This document shows positions 1 to 8,804 of a DNA stretch of 64,000 bases, piece by piece. Under the pieces are notes generated by a model, which searched no databases, had not been told where the DNA came from, and saw only the letters and a program-made list of their open reading frames with translations. The DNA comes from Granulicella sp. (GTDB lineage: Bacteria; Acidobacteriota; Terriglobia; Terriglobales; Acidobacteriaceae). The stretch lies in assembly GCA_025408425.1 (NCBI GenBank), contig JANXYX010000022.1, positions 52,937 through 116,936 on the forward strand, given 5' to 3'. Each line of letters opens with the position of its first letter. Within the stretch, counting starts at the first letter, position 1. A program made the position numbers and the translations under genes.

Positions 1-832
1 CCTCAAGTTGAAGCCCCTCATATCGCGATGCAACTCCGGCAAGATCTCCCGTGGGGGAATGGCACGACGCGCATCCACCTGGTCCCTGAAAATACTGTTT
101 GCCGGCGGCGACATTTCCCGACTGCAGATCGGAGACATCCACGCCTCGTCGGCCACCCGGTCGGGACGTCGCCTTCTTAGTCTGATCATGGATGAATGCA
201 ACTACACTAGCCATTTCAGAATCAGAAAATTTGAAGGCCGGCATCTTCTTTTCCAATCGTCCGTTCCGAACAACATCACCAATCTTATTGCCTGCAACAT
301 CCTCTGCGACAAGCTTCGATCGTGTAAGGTCAGGGCCACTCTCTCCACCAGCTGCGTCACGGCCGTGACAAAAGGCGCAGTTCTGTTGGAATAGCGGACC
401 TCCGGTGGCGGGTGCGCTTGTATTTGAGGCAGAAGTGTCTGTCGCGGCATGCATACTGCTGCTGTCGAAGAAGTGAATCAGTGACGCCAGCTCCTCATTC
501 GGCAGCTTGGGGAAGCCAGGCATGCGTCCCCTCCCTTGATGAACAATGTTCTCGATCTGGCTGGAATCGAATCGACGATCTATCCCTACCAGAGATGGAA
601 CCGCGGGCAGATTTCCCTCCCTGTGCTCTCCATGGCAGGTGGCGCAATGCTCCGCATAAACCTTGGGTCCAGACCCACCTTCGCTGGCGGCAATAAAACT
701 CGCGTCGACGGTTGCTGGGCTTTCCGTGGTGGAATTGTGAACAGCCGCTGCGTAGATTGGCGACAGATCCAGCTTGGAAAAGGCGAAGATCGTTACAACT
801 GTTGTAACTGCTATAACTGATATTTTTCTCAT
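1..832 (-). CDS. multi-haem c-type cytochrome (C-terminus runs off the window start)
   Basis: Absent from the ORF track because there is no stop in the window. Manual minus-strand translation from the ATG at 832 gives MRKISVIAVTTVVTIFAF..., a signal-like N-terminus. Three CxxCH haem motifs follow (CATCH, CAFCH, CASCH). The frame stays open down to position 2. Confidence 0.8.
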   Translation of the reverse strand, partial: MRKISVIAVTTVVTIFAFSKLDLSPIYAAAVHNSTTESPATVDASFIAASEGGSGPKVYAEHCATCHGEHREGNLPAVPSLVGIDRRFDSSQIENIVHQGRGRMPGFPKLPNEELASLIHFFDSSSMHAATDTSASNTSAPATGGPLFQQNCAFCHGRDAAGGESGPDLTRSKLVAEDVAGNKIGDVVRNGRLEKKMPAFKFSDSEMASVVAFIHDQTKKATSRPGGRRGVDVSDLQSGNVAAGKQYFQGPGGCASCHSPTGDLAGVASRYEGLQLE

Positions 833-1076
833 CGTGCTCGTCAGATACTCCGTCGATTCAAGTTTCAATGTACTACTTACTTTTGTATCAGGAAGGCACT
901 CGCAGATGTGTCGCTATCTGTCCAGCATAGAAAAAGCAGGGGCCAACTGAGTCCCATCCCCTTGGATACAGTGCATGATCAGCCTATGGGGTGAGTACAA
1001 CTACTAGCAATCAGCCATGGGTCCAGCGTCTCCCTTGCAACTGCCACTACTCCTGCCGTTGCCGCTAGCGTTATCT

Positions 1077-2036
1077 TTACATCCACCATGCTGCTGTCGG
1101 CTCTTCCTTCAAGATGGCTTCCTGGAGAAAATGGGCTGCCTTTGTAAGCCCTTCTTCGGGTGAGAGGAGACTGTCCTCGTGCTCAATCGAAAGAGCACCG
1201 TCGTAGCCATACATTCTCAAGGTGGAAACAAACTCTTTCCACCACTCGGCTCCGTGACCAAAGCCGCAGGTGCGAAAAATCCATCCTCGGTTACGCTCAT
1301 CCGTGTAGGGTTTGGTGTCGAGGACGCCAGTGCGAGGTAGGTTTGCCTGGTACATTTGGGTGTCTTTGGCGTGGACGTGGAAGATGGCATCTCCGAGAAC
1401 CCGGATAGCTGCGATGGGATCAATACCCTGCCAAAACATATGACTCGGATCATAGTTACACCCAATGGAAGGGCCGGCAATGGACCGGAGCCGCAGCATC
1501 GTCTCAGGACTGTAAACGACGAATCCTGGATGCATTTCGATTGCGATTCTGACTCCATGTTGTTCGGCGAAATTTGCCTGTTTCACCCAGTAAGGCTCAA
1601 CTACTTCCTTCCATTGCCAATCGAGGATTTTTAGATACTCGGGGGGCCAGGGGCAGGTTATCCAGTTTGGATAAGTTGAATCATGGGTGCTTCCGGGGCA
1701 ACCAGAAAAGTCGACCACCGTTGAGACCCCGAGCTTCTCAGCCAACAGGATTGTCTGCCGGTTGACCTCTTGCGCATGTGCTGCCTGGGCCTTATCGGGA
1801 TGGAGGGAATTTCCGTGGCAACTGAGGGCGCTGATGCTGACTTGGTGGTGTTCCAGTGTTCGCTGAAATTCTGTGAGTGCTGCCGCATCTTCGAGCATCG
1901 ACAACTTGCAATGCGCATCGCCCGGATAGTTTCCGGTTGCCAACTCCACAGTACTAATACCGAGCAGCTTCAGTTTCTCGAGCACAGTTTCCAGCGGAAG
2001 TTGTCCCAGCAGGGGGGTGAATACTCCAAGTTTCAT
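1077..2036 (-). CDS. sugar phosphate isomerase/epimerase (xylose isomerase-like TIM barrel)
   Basis: 319-aa ORF with the typical AP_endonuc_2/xylose-isomerase-like pattern (..VELATGNYPG.., ..IAIEMHPG.., ..HVHAKD.., ..LSIEHED..). Confidence 0.85.
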   Translation of the reverse strand: MKLGVFTPLLGQLPLETVLEKLKLLGISTVELATGNYPGDAHCKLSMLEDAAALTEFQRTLEHHQVSISALSCHGNSLHPDKAQAAHAQEVNRQTILLAEKLGVSTVVDFSGCPGSTHDSTYPNWITCPWPPEYLKILDWQWKEVVEPYWVKQANFAEQHGVRIAIEMHPGFVVYSPETMLRLRSIAGPSIGCNYDPSHMFWQGIDPIAAIRVLGDAIFHVHAKDTQMYQANLPRTGVLDTKPYTDERNRGWIFRTCGFGHGAEWWKEFVSTLRMYGYDGALSIEHEDSLLSPEEGLTKAAHFLQEAILKEEPTAAWWM

Positions 2037-2128
2037 TTAGTTGCTCCTCAATTGACCGGAGACGTTTAATCCGGCGATCTGACTGCGTTCTTCACGGAAC
2101 TGCGCTATATGGCACGGCAAATTCTACG

Positions 2129-3313
2129 TTAGTCAATGACTCCGCCATGTGCTGGGATATAACGGACTTTTTCCCACACTCCACCTGCGGCATGGCTCCT
2201 GAGCATTGCCTCGATAACGCAGCTAACCCTGTAACCGTCATCAAAAGTTGGCAGGGGTGCTGGCTTCGTCTCAGCTGTGGCACCATCACGAATCCAATCG
2301 TAGGCATCACGAATGACATTTCGGAATGCGTCTGCCCAAGACTCCTGGTGGCCACCGGGCAGGTGAACATAGCGACGAGCATCTGGCGATACGAGAGAGG
2401 GATCCTTTGCCATCATTGAATTTGGCTGATCATGACGGCCAATCCAGAGCTCGTTTTGCACTTCCTGGCGCCACATGAGTGAGCATTTTCTTCCGCTTAG
2501 CTCGAGTTGCAAATCGTTCTTATGGCCGGGAAGAATCTGTCCAACCGAGAAGGCTCCCTTCGCGCCATTGTTGAATCGAAGGAGTACGCTGGCTAAGTCT
2601 TCGCTTTGCACATTGATAGCTGTTCGATTCCCGGCGTGCTCCTGTGAAAACGCCTGGGCAGAAGCTCCTGAGTAGAAACGAACGGGGACTACGGTTGACA
2701 GATCTGCAAGAACCGAATCGATCTTCAAGCCGGATACATGCTCGGCCAGGTCGCACCAGTGCGAACCGATATCCCCAAGGGCCGAACTCGTGCCACCTTT
2801 CGAGGGGTCGGACCTCCAGGAGTAGACGTTGGGATCTGTCATCCAATCCTGAAGATAGTGACCGTGAACAAAGGCGACACCATCCGTTTCACCGTTCACG
2901 ACCATGGAACGTGCCTGTTGTACCAAAGGATTCCCGCGATAGTTAAAGGTGACGACATGGCCCACATTGGCCGCGATCGCGGCATCCCGGAGCTGCCGAC
3001 CCTCTTCGGAGTTGAGCGCCAACGGCTTGTCGGAGATAACGTGTTTGCCTGCGGCGAGCGCGGCCATCGTCACTGGAAAATGAAGGTGATTTGGCGTGGT
3101 GTTGTGGATCACATGAACATCTGGGTCAGCGATCAGTGCTTTGAAATCGCCATAGGAGCGGTCGACCTTGTATTCCTGAGCCTTACGGGCTGCGGACTGC
3201 TCGGTCGATCCAGCGATAGCGACTACCTCCACGTCTCCCAGACGTCTCACGGCATCAATATGGTGTGCCGCTACAAAGCCGGGTCCAACTAAGCCCATTC
3301 CAAGCGTTCTCAT
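2129..3313 (-). CDS. Gfo/Idh/MocA family oxidoreductase (cytoplasmic, no signal)
   Basis: 394-aa ORF. N-terminal Rossmann motif GMGLVGPGFVAAHH and a typical Gfo/Idh/MocA C-terminal domain. Confidence 0.9.
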   Translation of the reverse strand: MRTLGMGLVGPGFVAAHHIDAVRRLGDVEVVAIAGSTEQSAARKAQEYKVDRSYGDFKALIADPDVHVIHNTTPNHLHFPVTMAALAAGKHVISDKPLALNSEEGRQLRDAAIAANVGHVVTFNYRGNPLVQQARSMVVNGETDGVAFVHGHYLQDWMTDPNVYSWRSDPSKGGTSSALGDIGSHWCDLAEHVSGLKIDSVLADLSTVVPVRFYSGASAQAFSQEHAGNRTAINVQSEDLASVLLRFNNGAKGAFSVGQILPGHKNDLQLELSGRKCSLMWRQEVQNELWIGRHDQPNSMMAKDPSLVSPDARRYVHLPGGHQESWADAFRNVIRDAYDWIRDGATAETKPAPLPTFDDGYRVSCVIEAMLRSHAAGGVWEKVRYIPAHGGVID

Positions 3314-3446
3314 GCAAAGTCCTTTTCTATAGGAGCTACTGATTCCATTGTGCGCAGAACCGCTGGATGACAGCCATGTTCTCGCCGAGCCTTAGTATTC
3401 ATCGCTAACTGAGGGCGTTGCGGGTGATCTTAGTCATCATATAGAG

Positions 3447-4337
3447 TTATCGGCTTCCACTTGACGTTGGTTGAGCATGAGTTATCGTGCTGCCCTCGGT
3501 CATTCCCATTGCCCACTTGATTGCTTCAAAATACATCTTTTGTACGTCGGGATCGCTCCACGACTCTTCTGTGTGCCCGAGTGTGGAGTAAAAGACTCGA
3601 CCTCTCCCGTACATCTTGCTCCAGGCGACGGGGAAGTCGCGATCCGTCCGATGAATCCGCGGATTATTAGAGTAGTCCAATTTGGAAGCATCGAGCCTCA
3701 GGAGAACGTTCACCTTGTCGCGTGACCATTCCTTTGGTTGATAGATTTCATCATATTTTGTGAACGCTCCCGGGAAGTGGCGCACAGCTGGGAAATTGGG
3801 AGCTTCGGTGATGATCGGCGCGTTAAAGGTTCCCCAAGGATGCTGATCAAACCAGCCGCCAATCATTTCACCGTATTCAGGCCATGTGTAATTGGTGTCA
3901 AGCGCAGCATGAATTCCGACGAAGCCCTTTCCGTCATCCTTGATGAAGGCGAGCATGTCCTGCTTTTGACTTTGATCCATATCGAGCTCGCCCGTAGTGC
4001 TGGCAAATATAAGGACATCAAAGTACTTGAGGTTTTTCGAATTTCTCCCGAGGTCTTTGTTGGTGAGAAGCTCAGTGTCCGTGCGCAGTGTTGTGTCCCA
4101 CAGGCCGCTCTCCTGACCCATTTTGAAGACGGCTGCCATTGCTGTTGGGACTGAGTCGTGCTCAAAGCCTTTCGTTTGGGCGATGACCAGAACGTGTTTC
4201 AGGTGAATTTGCTTTGGGTGCGGAGGAGTTGGGGTCGCAGAACTGGACTCGATTTGTCCTTGTGCAGAAGGGACCCGAAGCGAACCGACAAGTAGAAGGG
4301 CCGAACAGAGCAAAGCAAATTTCCGACTTTGGCGCAC
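3447..4337 (-). CDS. ThuA domain-containing protein, secreted
   Basis: 296-aa ORF with signal peptide MRQSRKFALLCSALLLVGSLRVPSAQG. ThuA-like core (..VLVIAQTKGFEHDS.., ..VFYSTLGH..). Confidence 0.8.
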   Translation of the reverse strand: MRQSRKFALLCSALLLVGSLRVPSAQGQIESSSATPTPPHPKQIHLKHVLVIAQTKGFEHDSVPTAMAAVFKMGQESGLWDTTLRTDTELLTNKDLGRNSKNLKYFDVLIFASTTGELDMDQSQKQDMLAFIKDDGKGFVGIHAALDTNYTWPEYGEMIGGWFDQHPWGTFNAPIITEAPNFPAVRHFPGAFTKYDEIYQPKEWSRDKVNVLLRLDASKLDYSNNPRIHRTDRDFPVAWSKMYGRGRVFYSTLGHTEESWSDPDVQKMYFEAIKWAMGMTEGSTITHAQPTSSGSR

Positions 4338-4658
4338 GCAATCTCCTTAAGTAAAGTCCGATACTTGACTTCTGAATGTATTGCCAGCAATTGCGACGGC
4401 CTCATAATGCGAAACGTCAGCGATGACTGCCCAATCTTTTGTCTTCAAATTCCGTTTGAACATGTCGATTTCATTCAGACGGTGGACGCAATCACCCTAT
4501 GAAATAAAGCACTCAATGTCAATTCACGGTGGCTTGGAGGACTATGACGACATAGGAAGAGGGCCTGCATTTTGTTACGGAGTTGCCCCATTCTCGCCAA
4601 CCACGACTCTAACCGCCAGCCCATCAAAGTGAGAGCCTTAGTTTGTCGGTGAAGACAA

Positions 4659-4686
4659 TGGGATGCAAGAGCAGACTCGAACGGCT
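4659..4686 (-). other. tRNA 3'-half-like fragment (T-arm + acceptor + CCA geometry), not an intact tRNA
   Basis: The minus-strand sense reads AGCCG-TTCGAGT-CTGCT-CTTGCAT-C-CCA, which is a 5-7-5 T-arm (4 of 5 stem pairs), a 7-nt acceptor strand, a discriminator base and CCA. 19 of 25 positions match the 3' end of the nearby tRNA-Val by manual alignment. No matching 5' acceptor strand or anticodon arm was found upstream. Confidence 0.35.
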
Positions 4687-4887
4687 AACGGCCATGCGCG
4701 GCAGTTTGTGCCCGAAGATCACACCCCGCCTGAACCGCTATAACGTGTAACAGCTGATTTGATTCACTTTACCCCGAGGAGTGGTGCGGCCAACGCGCTC
4801 TTGATCGCGATCAGCTGTCACAATTTGTTCAAGGGTCAAAGGGAGTGGGATGAAAAGAGCGGAAACCACGTATCTTATTGAAGATAA

Positions 4888-4964
4888 TGGTAGGCACGAG
4901 CGGATTCGAACCGCTGACCTCTACCGTGTCAAGGTAGCGCTCTAACCAACTGAGCTACGCGCCT
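4888..4964 (-). tRNA. tRNA-Val (anticodon GAC), CCA encoded
   Basis: The reverse complement folds as a cloverleaf: acceptor AGGCGCG/CGTGCCT, D-arm GCTC-AGTTGGTT-AGAGC, anticodon arm CTACC-TTGACAC-GGTAG (GAC), T-arm with GGTTCGAATCC, and 3' ACCA. Confidence 0.9.
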
Positions 4965-5059
4965 GCGCGTTTCTTCAGTCTAAATGCAACTAGAGGACTA
5001 GGGCAAACATAGCGGCAACGACAGGCCGCTGACATGGGTTAGGATGGGCTGATCCCAAA

Positions 5060-5632
5060 GTGTCTTTTCTTAGCCAATTCCGCGCCGCGCCCAACCTACT
5101 GACGCTCATGCGTCTGTTCATCATTCCTTTTCTAATTATCGAGATTCTGGATGGTCACCATGTAACCGCATTCGCGCTTTTTCTTTTGGCGGGTGTCAGT
5201 GATGCGCTGGATGGTTTGCTTGCGCGTTGGCTCAGTCAGAAGACAACGCTCGGCCAGTATCTTGATCCAATTGCGGACAAGCTGCTGCTGAGCAGTCTCT
5301 TTGTTGTGCTGACGCATGTGGGCCTGATACCGCGCTACGTTACGGTGCTGGTATTTAGCCGCGATCTTGGAATCTTGCTGATTGCTACGCTGTTGTTCGC
5401 AACGGGAACCCTGCGCGACTTCCGCCCAAGTTTTTTTGGCAAGCTGAACACGCTGGTGCAGATTGTGTCGCTTACGATTTTGTTGAGTCAATTAGTCGTC
5501 AGATTGCCAGGTTTGCCCTTAGTCAGCGACTTTCTGGTGCGATCGATTGCGTTCCTGGCGCCTCTGTCTGCGGCGCAGTATGCGTGGATTGTCATTCGTC
5601 GAATGAACGGCGCGCCGCAATCGGGCGGTTAG
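5060..5632 (+). CDS. pgsA: CDP-alcohol phosphatidyltransferase (phosphatidylglycerophosphate synthase-like)
   Basis: 190-aa polytopic ORF carrying the CDP-alcohol phosphotransferase signature DALDGLLARW..(8)..G..LDPIADK. GTG start. Confidence 0.8.
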   Translation: MSFLSQFRAAPNLLTLMRLFIIPFLIIEILDGHHVTAFALFLLAGVSDALDGLLARWLSQKTTLGQYLDPIADKLLLSSLFVVLTHVGLIPRYVTVLVFSRDLGILLIATLLFATGTLRDFRPSFFGKLNTLVQIVSLTILLSQLVVRLPGLPLVSDFLVRSIAFLAPLSAAQYAWIVIRRMNGAPQSGG

Positions 5633-5750
5633 TCTGTGTGGTCTGTATTTTTGATAAGTCTATTATTCGCAATTAGATATGGATTCAAAATCGCGCGATC
5701 CTGTCGGGATCTGCGCCGATGCCATTTTGTGGTGGGATGAGGTTGTGACT

Positions 5751-6062
5751 TTAGTCGTCGGCTGTGTCGACGGTGGCTTCTTCCTCTTCGAGCGCCATGT
5801 CGTTATATTCAGCGGAATCAAAGACTTCTCCGCAGTTCTGGCACTCAACGAACTCGATATCGTCCTCTCGGGCGACAACTTTGACGATGGGATGTTTGCA
5901 CAGGGATGTCATGGGTGGGGAGATGTTGATGGAAGGATTTTGCCCGTCCGCACGGTCCTTGTCAATGTTAAATCGTTGCGATTTTTTGTGGTGATTATTG
6001 GTGATGATATGGAAATGCTGCTGGATAAACGTGGTTGCGTAGCCTTGATTCTGGACGTACAC
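5751..6062 (-). CDS. small hypothetical protein with a possible zinc-ribbon (C-x-H ... C-x2-C) and an acidic tail; true start may be the ATG at 5912 (53 aa)
   Basis: The ORF track gives 103 aa. The C-terminal half reads MTSLCKHPIVKVVAREDDIEFVECQNCGEVFDSAEYNDMALEEEEATVDTADD. No clear RBS. An overlapping plus-strand ORF also exists. Confidence 0.3.
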   Translation of the reverse strand: MYVQNQGYATTFIQQHFHIITNNHHKKSQRFNIDKDRADGQNPSINISPPMTSLCKHPIVKVVAREDDIEFVECQNCGEVFDSAEYNDMALEEEEATVDTADD

Positions 6063-6079
6063 TAATCTAGGACTGGAAG

Positions 6080-6095
6080 AGTCGCCTTTTCGACT
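6080..6095. promoter_or_regulatory. inverted repeat AGTCG-N6-CGACT about 30 nt upstream of iscR; candidate IscR auto-operator
   Basis: The palindrome was seen directly. Its position immediately upstream of the Rrf2/IscR gene fits known IscR autoregulation. No consensus scoring was done. Confidence 0.3.
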
Positions 6096-6123
6096 TTTCG
6101 ATAGTTTTGAGCCTGGTGCGGAT

Positions 6124-6615
6124 ATGTTGCGACTGACTAAAAAAGCCGATTACGGTCTGATGGCCTTGAAGTATCTGGCCGAGCAGGCGTTGCTGGCTGG
6201 GCATGAGGTTGGTCAGGGCGGAGCTCAGTCGGCAAAAGATATCGCCGAGGCGTACCACATACCTCCACAGCTTTTGGCCAAGATACTGCAGACGCTGGCC
6301 AAGGCTGGGCTGCTGGTTTCGCATGCGGGGACGAATGGTGGGTACTCGCTGGCTCGTCCAGCGAACGAGATTACGGCGTTTGAGGTGATCCGGGCGATTG
6401 ACGGGCCGCTTTTTATCACCAGTTGCATTACGATCCACGGAACCTGCGACCTTGCGGGGCATTGCACCATCAAAGAACCACTACGCAAGGTGAACGACAG
6501 CATCAAGGAATTGTTGAATGGCTTGCGGATCTCCGATTTGATGGAATCGGTTGAAGCGGGGCATCCGACACCGAGCGCCCCGGTGGGCGGCGGTCTGGTA
6601 AGTATCGCTGGCTAG
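6124..6615 (+). CDS. iscR: Rrf2 family transcriptional regulator, IscR-like
   Basis: N-terminus MLRLTKKADYGLMALKYLAE (Rrf2 winged helix). Clustered Cys residues (C..C......C) in ..SCITIHGTCDLAGHC.. . First gene of the isc locus. Confidence 0.9.
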   Translation: MLRLTKKADYGLMALKYLAEQALLAGHEVGQGGAQSAKDIAEAYHIPPQLLAKILQTLAKAGLLVSHAGTNGGYSLARPANEITAFEVIRAIDGPLFITSCITIHGTCDLAGHCTIKEPLRKVNDSIKELLNGLRISDLMESVEAGHPTPSAPVGGGLVSIAG

Positions 6616-6635
6616 AGAAGCAGGAACGATAGTGA

Positions 6636-6691
6636 GTTTAGAAGTTCGGGTTTAGAAATTCGGGTTTAGAAGTTCAGGTTTAGAAGTTCAG
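6636..6691. repeat. 14-bp direct tandem repeat x4 (GTTTAGAAGTTCGG / ..AATTCGG / ..GTTCAG x2) plus a degenerate fifth copy, in the iscR-iscS spacer
   Basis: Read directly. The units run 6636-6649, 6650-6663, 6664-6677 and 6678-6691. The AGGAG RBS and the iscS ATG (6716) follow. Confidence 0.9.
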
Positions 6692-6715
6692 GCACAAGAG
6701 AATTCAGGAGCAACG

Positions 6716-7996
6716 ATGAGCAACGAGATGAGCGACAACGGAATGATTATTACGGAATCCGCGACTGCCCTGCCAGAGGGCGTGCACCTTCCGATCTACA
6801 TGGACAACCATGCGACGACGCCTATGGACCCCCGGGTTCTGGAGGCGATGCTGCCTTACTTTGGCGCCAAGTTTGGTAATGCCGCCAGCCGTAACCATGC
6901 GTTTGGCTGGGAGGCGGAGCAAGCAGTGGAGAAGGCCCGCGAGCAGATTGCCAAGCTGATTGGCGCGACCTCGAAGGAGATTATCTTCACCAGCGGCGCG
7001 ACGGAGTCGAACAACCTGGCGATCAAGGGCATTGCCGAGATGTACCGCGAACGGGGCAACCACATCATCACGCAGGCGACTGAGCACAAGGCGGTGCTGG
7101 ATACGTGCAAGCGTTTGGAGAAGGCCGGGTATCGCGTGACCTATCTGCCGGTGCAGGCGGACGGGCTGATCGATCTGGAAGACCTGAAGAACGCGATGGA
7201 TGACAAGACCATCCTGGTCTCGATCATGTATGCGAACAATGAGATTGGCGTGATCCAGCCGATTGCGGAGATTGGCAAGCTTTGCCACGAGAAGGGCGTG
7301 ATCTTTCATACGGATGCTGTGCAGGCGGTTGGCAAGATTCCGGTGGATGTGCAGAAGGACAATATCGATGTGCTTTCGCTGAGCGGTCATAAGGTGTACG
7401 GGCCGAAGGGTGTTGGTGCGCTGTATGTTCGCCGGCGGAATCCACGAGTGCAGATCTCGGAGCAGATCAACGGTGGCGGTCATGAGCGCGGGATGCGTTC
7501 GGGCACGTTGAATGTGCCGGGTATTGTTGGCCTGGGCGCGGCGTGCGAGATTGCGATGAACGAGATGGAGGCCGAGGGTAAGCGCGAGGCTGAGCTGCGC
7601 GATTATCTGAAGGCGAAGCTGGAGAATGCGCTGGACTATGTCCACGTGAACGGCAACATGGAGCACCACCTGCCGGGCAATCTGAACATGAGCTTTGTGT
7701 ACGTCGAGGGCGAGAGCCTGCTGATGGGCATCAATGATGTTGCGGTGTCTTCGGGGTCGGCCTGTACGTCTGCGACGCTGGAGCCGAGCTACGTGCTGAA
7801 GGCGCTGGGTCTGGGCGATGATGTGGCGCACAGTTCAATCCGGTTTGGTCTTGGCCGCTTCAACACCAAGGCCGAGGTGGATTATGTCTCGGACAAGGTG
7901 ATTGACGTGGTGCTGAAGCTGCGTGAATTGAGCCCGCTGTACGAGATGGTCAAGGAAGGTATTGACCTGACGAAGATCGAGTGGGCAGCGCACTAA
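6716..7996 (+). CDS. iscS: cysteine desulfurase IscS
   Basis: 426 aa. PLP-lysine context [20 protein letters not shown] and active-site loop SSGSACTS. isc operon context. Confidence 0.95.
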   Translation: MSNEMSDNGMIITESATALPEGVHLPIYMDNHATTPMDPRVLEAMLPYFGAKFGNAASRNHAFGWEAEQAVEKAREQIAKLIGATSKEIIFTSGATESNNLAIKGIAEMYRERGNHIITQATEHKAVLDTCKRLEKAGYRVTYLPVQADGLIDLEDLKNAMDDKTILVSIMYANNEIGVIQPIAEIGKLCHEKGVIFHTDAVQAVGKIPVDVQKDNIDVLSLSGHKVYGPKGVGALYVRRRNPRVQISEQINGGGHERGMRSGTLNVPGIVGLGAACEIAMNEMEAEGKREAELRDYLKAKLENALDYVHVNGNMEHHLPGNLNMSFVYVEGESLLMGINDVAVSSGSACTSATLEPSYVLKALGLGDDVAHSSIRFGLGRFNTKAEVDYVSDKVIDVVLKLRELSPLYEMVKEGIDLTKIEWAAH

Positions 7997-8072
7997 CCAT
8001 CTGCTGCTAACGATGCAAATCCAACGAATTTAGTTCAAACAGAACAAGCTCTAAGCGACGAGGAGAAACGAC

Positions 8073-8492
8073 ATGGCATACAGCGATAAGGTAATTGACC
8101 ACTACAACAATCCCCGCAACGTCGGCCAGATGGATAAGACCTCCGGCGAGGTTGGAACCGGCCTTGTCGGCGCACCGGAGTGCGGCGACGTGATGCGTCT
8201 GCAGATCCGCGTGAACCCTGAGACACAGGTAATTGAAGATGCCAAGTTCAAGACGTTCGGTTGCGGCTCCGCGATTGCTTCTTCGTCACTCGCTACGGAG
8301 TGGGTGAAGGGCAAGACGGTTGCTGAGGCTTTGGAGATCAAGAACACGGACATCGTGAAGGAACTGGCGCTGCCGCCGGTGAAGATCCACTGCTCGGTAC
8401 TGGCGGAAGATGCGATCCGCGCGGCGATTGGCGATTGGAAGAAGAAGAACAACGTGGCTGAGACGGAAGGCGTTGCGGTCGCAGCTCTCTAG
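8073..8492 (+). CDS. iscU: Fe-S cluster assembly scaffold IscU
   Basis: MAYSDKVIDHYNNPRNVG..., GAPECGDVM, FKTFGCGSAIASSS, and LPPVKIHCS motifs. Confidence 0.95.
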   Translation: MAYSDKVIDHYNNPRNVGQMDKTSGEVGTGLVGAPECGDVMRLQIRVNPETQVIEDAKFKTFGCGSAIASSSLATEWVKGKTVAEALEIKNTDIVKELALPPVKIHCSVLAEDAIRAAIGDWKKKNNVAETEGVAVAAL

Positions 8493-8537
8493 GGGATTGT
8501 CTGCTGGTTGAGATTTTGCCGGGAGACGAAGGCGTAT

Positions 8538-8791
8538 CCCGGGGGCTAAAGCCCGGCTCTTTGGTTGCCTGATGGTGCCCGGGCTAAAGCCCGGGCCTAT
8601 CTCAGGTGCAAGGGCAGCAGCAAGTGCAGTGGGTTGCAAGCAGGCAGCCGCCAGAGAAGAACACCTGGCACTAATCGGGGTTGCAAGGGCAGCAGCAAGT
8701 GCAGTGGGTTGCAAGGGCAACAGTAAGTGCAGTGGGTCGGTGAGTTGGGCGGTAGAGCGTATCCCCACGTCAGACATAAGGCTGTCTGACA
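8538..8791. repeat. repeat-rich spacer: two GC-rich hairpin (REP-like) units CCCGGGCTAAAGCCCGGG, about 3.5 copies of a 28-bp unit (GGGTTGCAAGGGCAGCAGCAAGTGCAGT), and a terminal hairpin GTCAGAC-N8-GTCTGAC
   Basis: Read directly. The perfect palindrome GCCCGGGC-TAAA-GCCCGGGC lies at 8577-8596, with an imperfect copy at 8538-8556. The 28-bp units lie at about 8606-8631, 8677-8705 and 8706-8733. The hairpin is at 8770-8791. Confidence 0.8.
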
Positions 8792-8804
8792 TGGGACACC
8801 CGGC

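Noticed and set aside
4423-4632. 69-aa plus-strand ORF in the gap upstream of tRNA-Val.
   Set aside because: No RBS, atypical composition, and it sits in a lower-GC non-coding-looking region. There is not enough support to call a CDS.
4655-5015. tmRNA or a second intact tRNA explaining the tRNA-like 3' end at 4659-4686.
   Set aside because: A tmRNA-sized transcript on that strand would run through tRNA-Val. No complementary 5' acceptor strand, D-arm or anticodon arm could be folded upstream.
4338-5059. Integrated prophage or genomic island at tRNA-Val.
   Set aside because: No integrase, excisionase or cargo genes lie on either side. Only a short relic is present.
6704-7831. Long antisense ORFs opposite well-supported genes. 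Examples: 6704-7831 (-) opposite iscS, 10893-12680 (-) opposite hscA, 14218-15351 (-) inside murJ, 39376-40620 (-) inside the NCS1 gene, 42315-43136 (-) opposite the SDR, 44882-45838 (-), 53034-54329 (-), 59569-60202 (-), and 62734-63645 (-).
   Set aside because: Their translations are dominated by R/H/P/Q/L low-complexity strings with no motifs. They overlap, in another frame or strand, genes with unambiguous family signatures. This is the typical open-frame artefact of high-GC DNA.
8606-8737. Possible CRISPR array suggested by the repeated 28-bp units.
   Set aside because: Two of the units are directly tandem with no spacer. The only intervening segment (about 45 nt) partly repeats the unit. 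There are only about 3.5 copies and no cas genes in the window.
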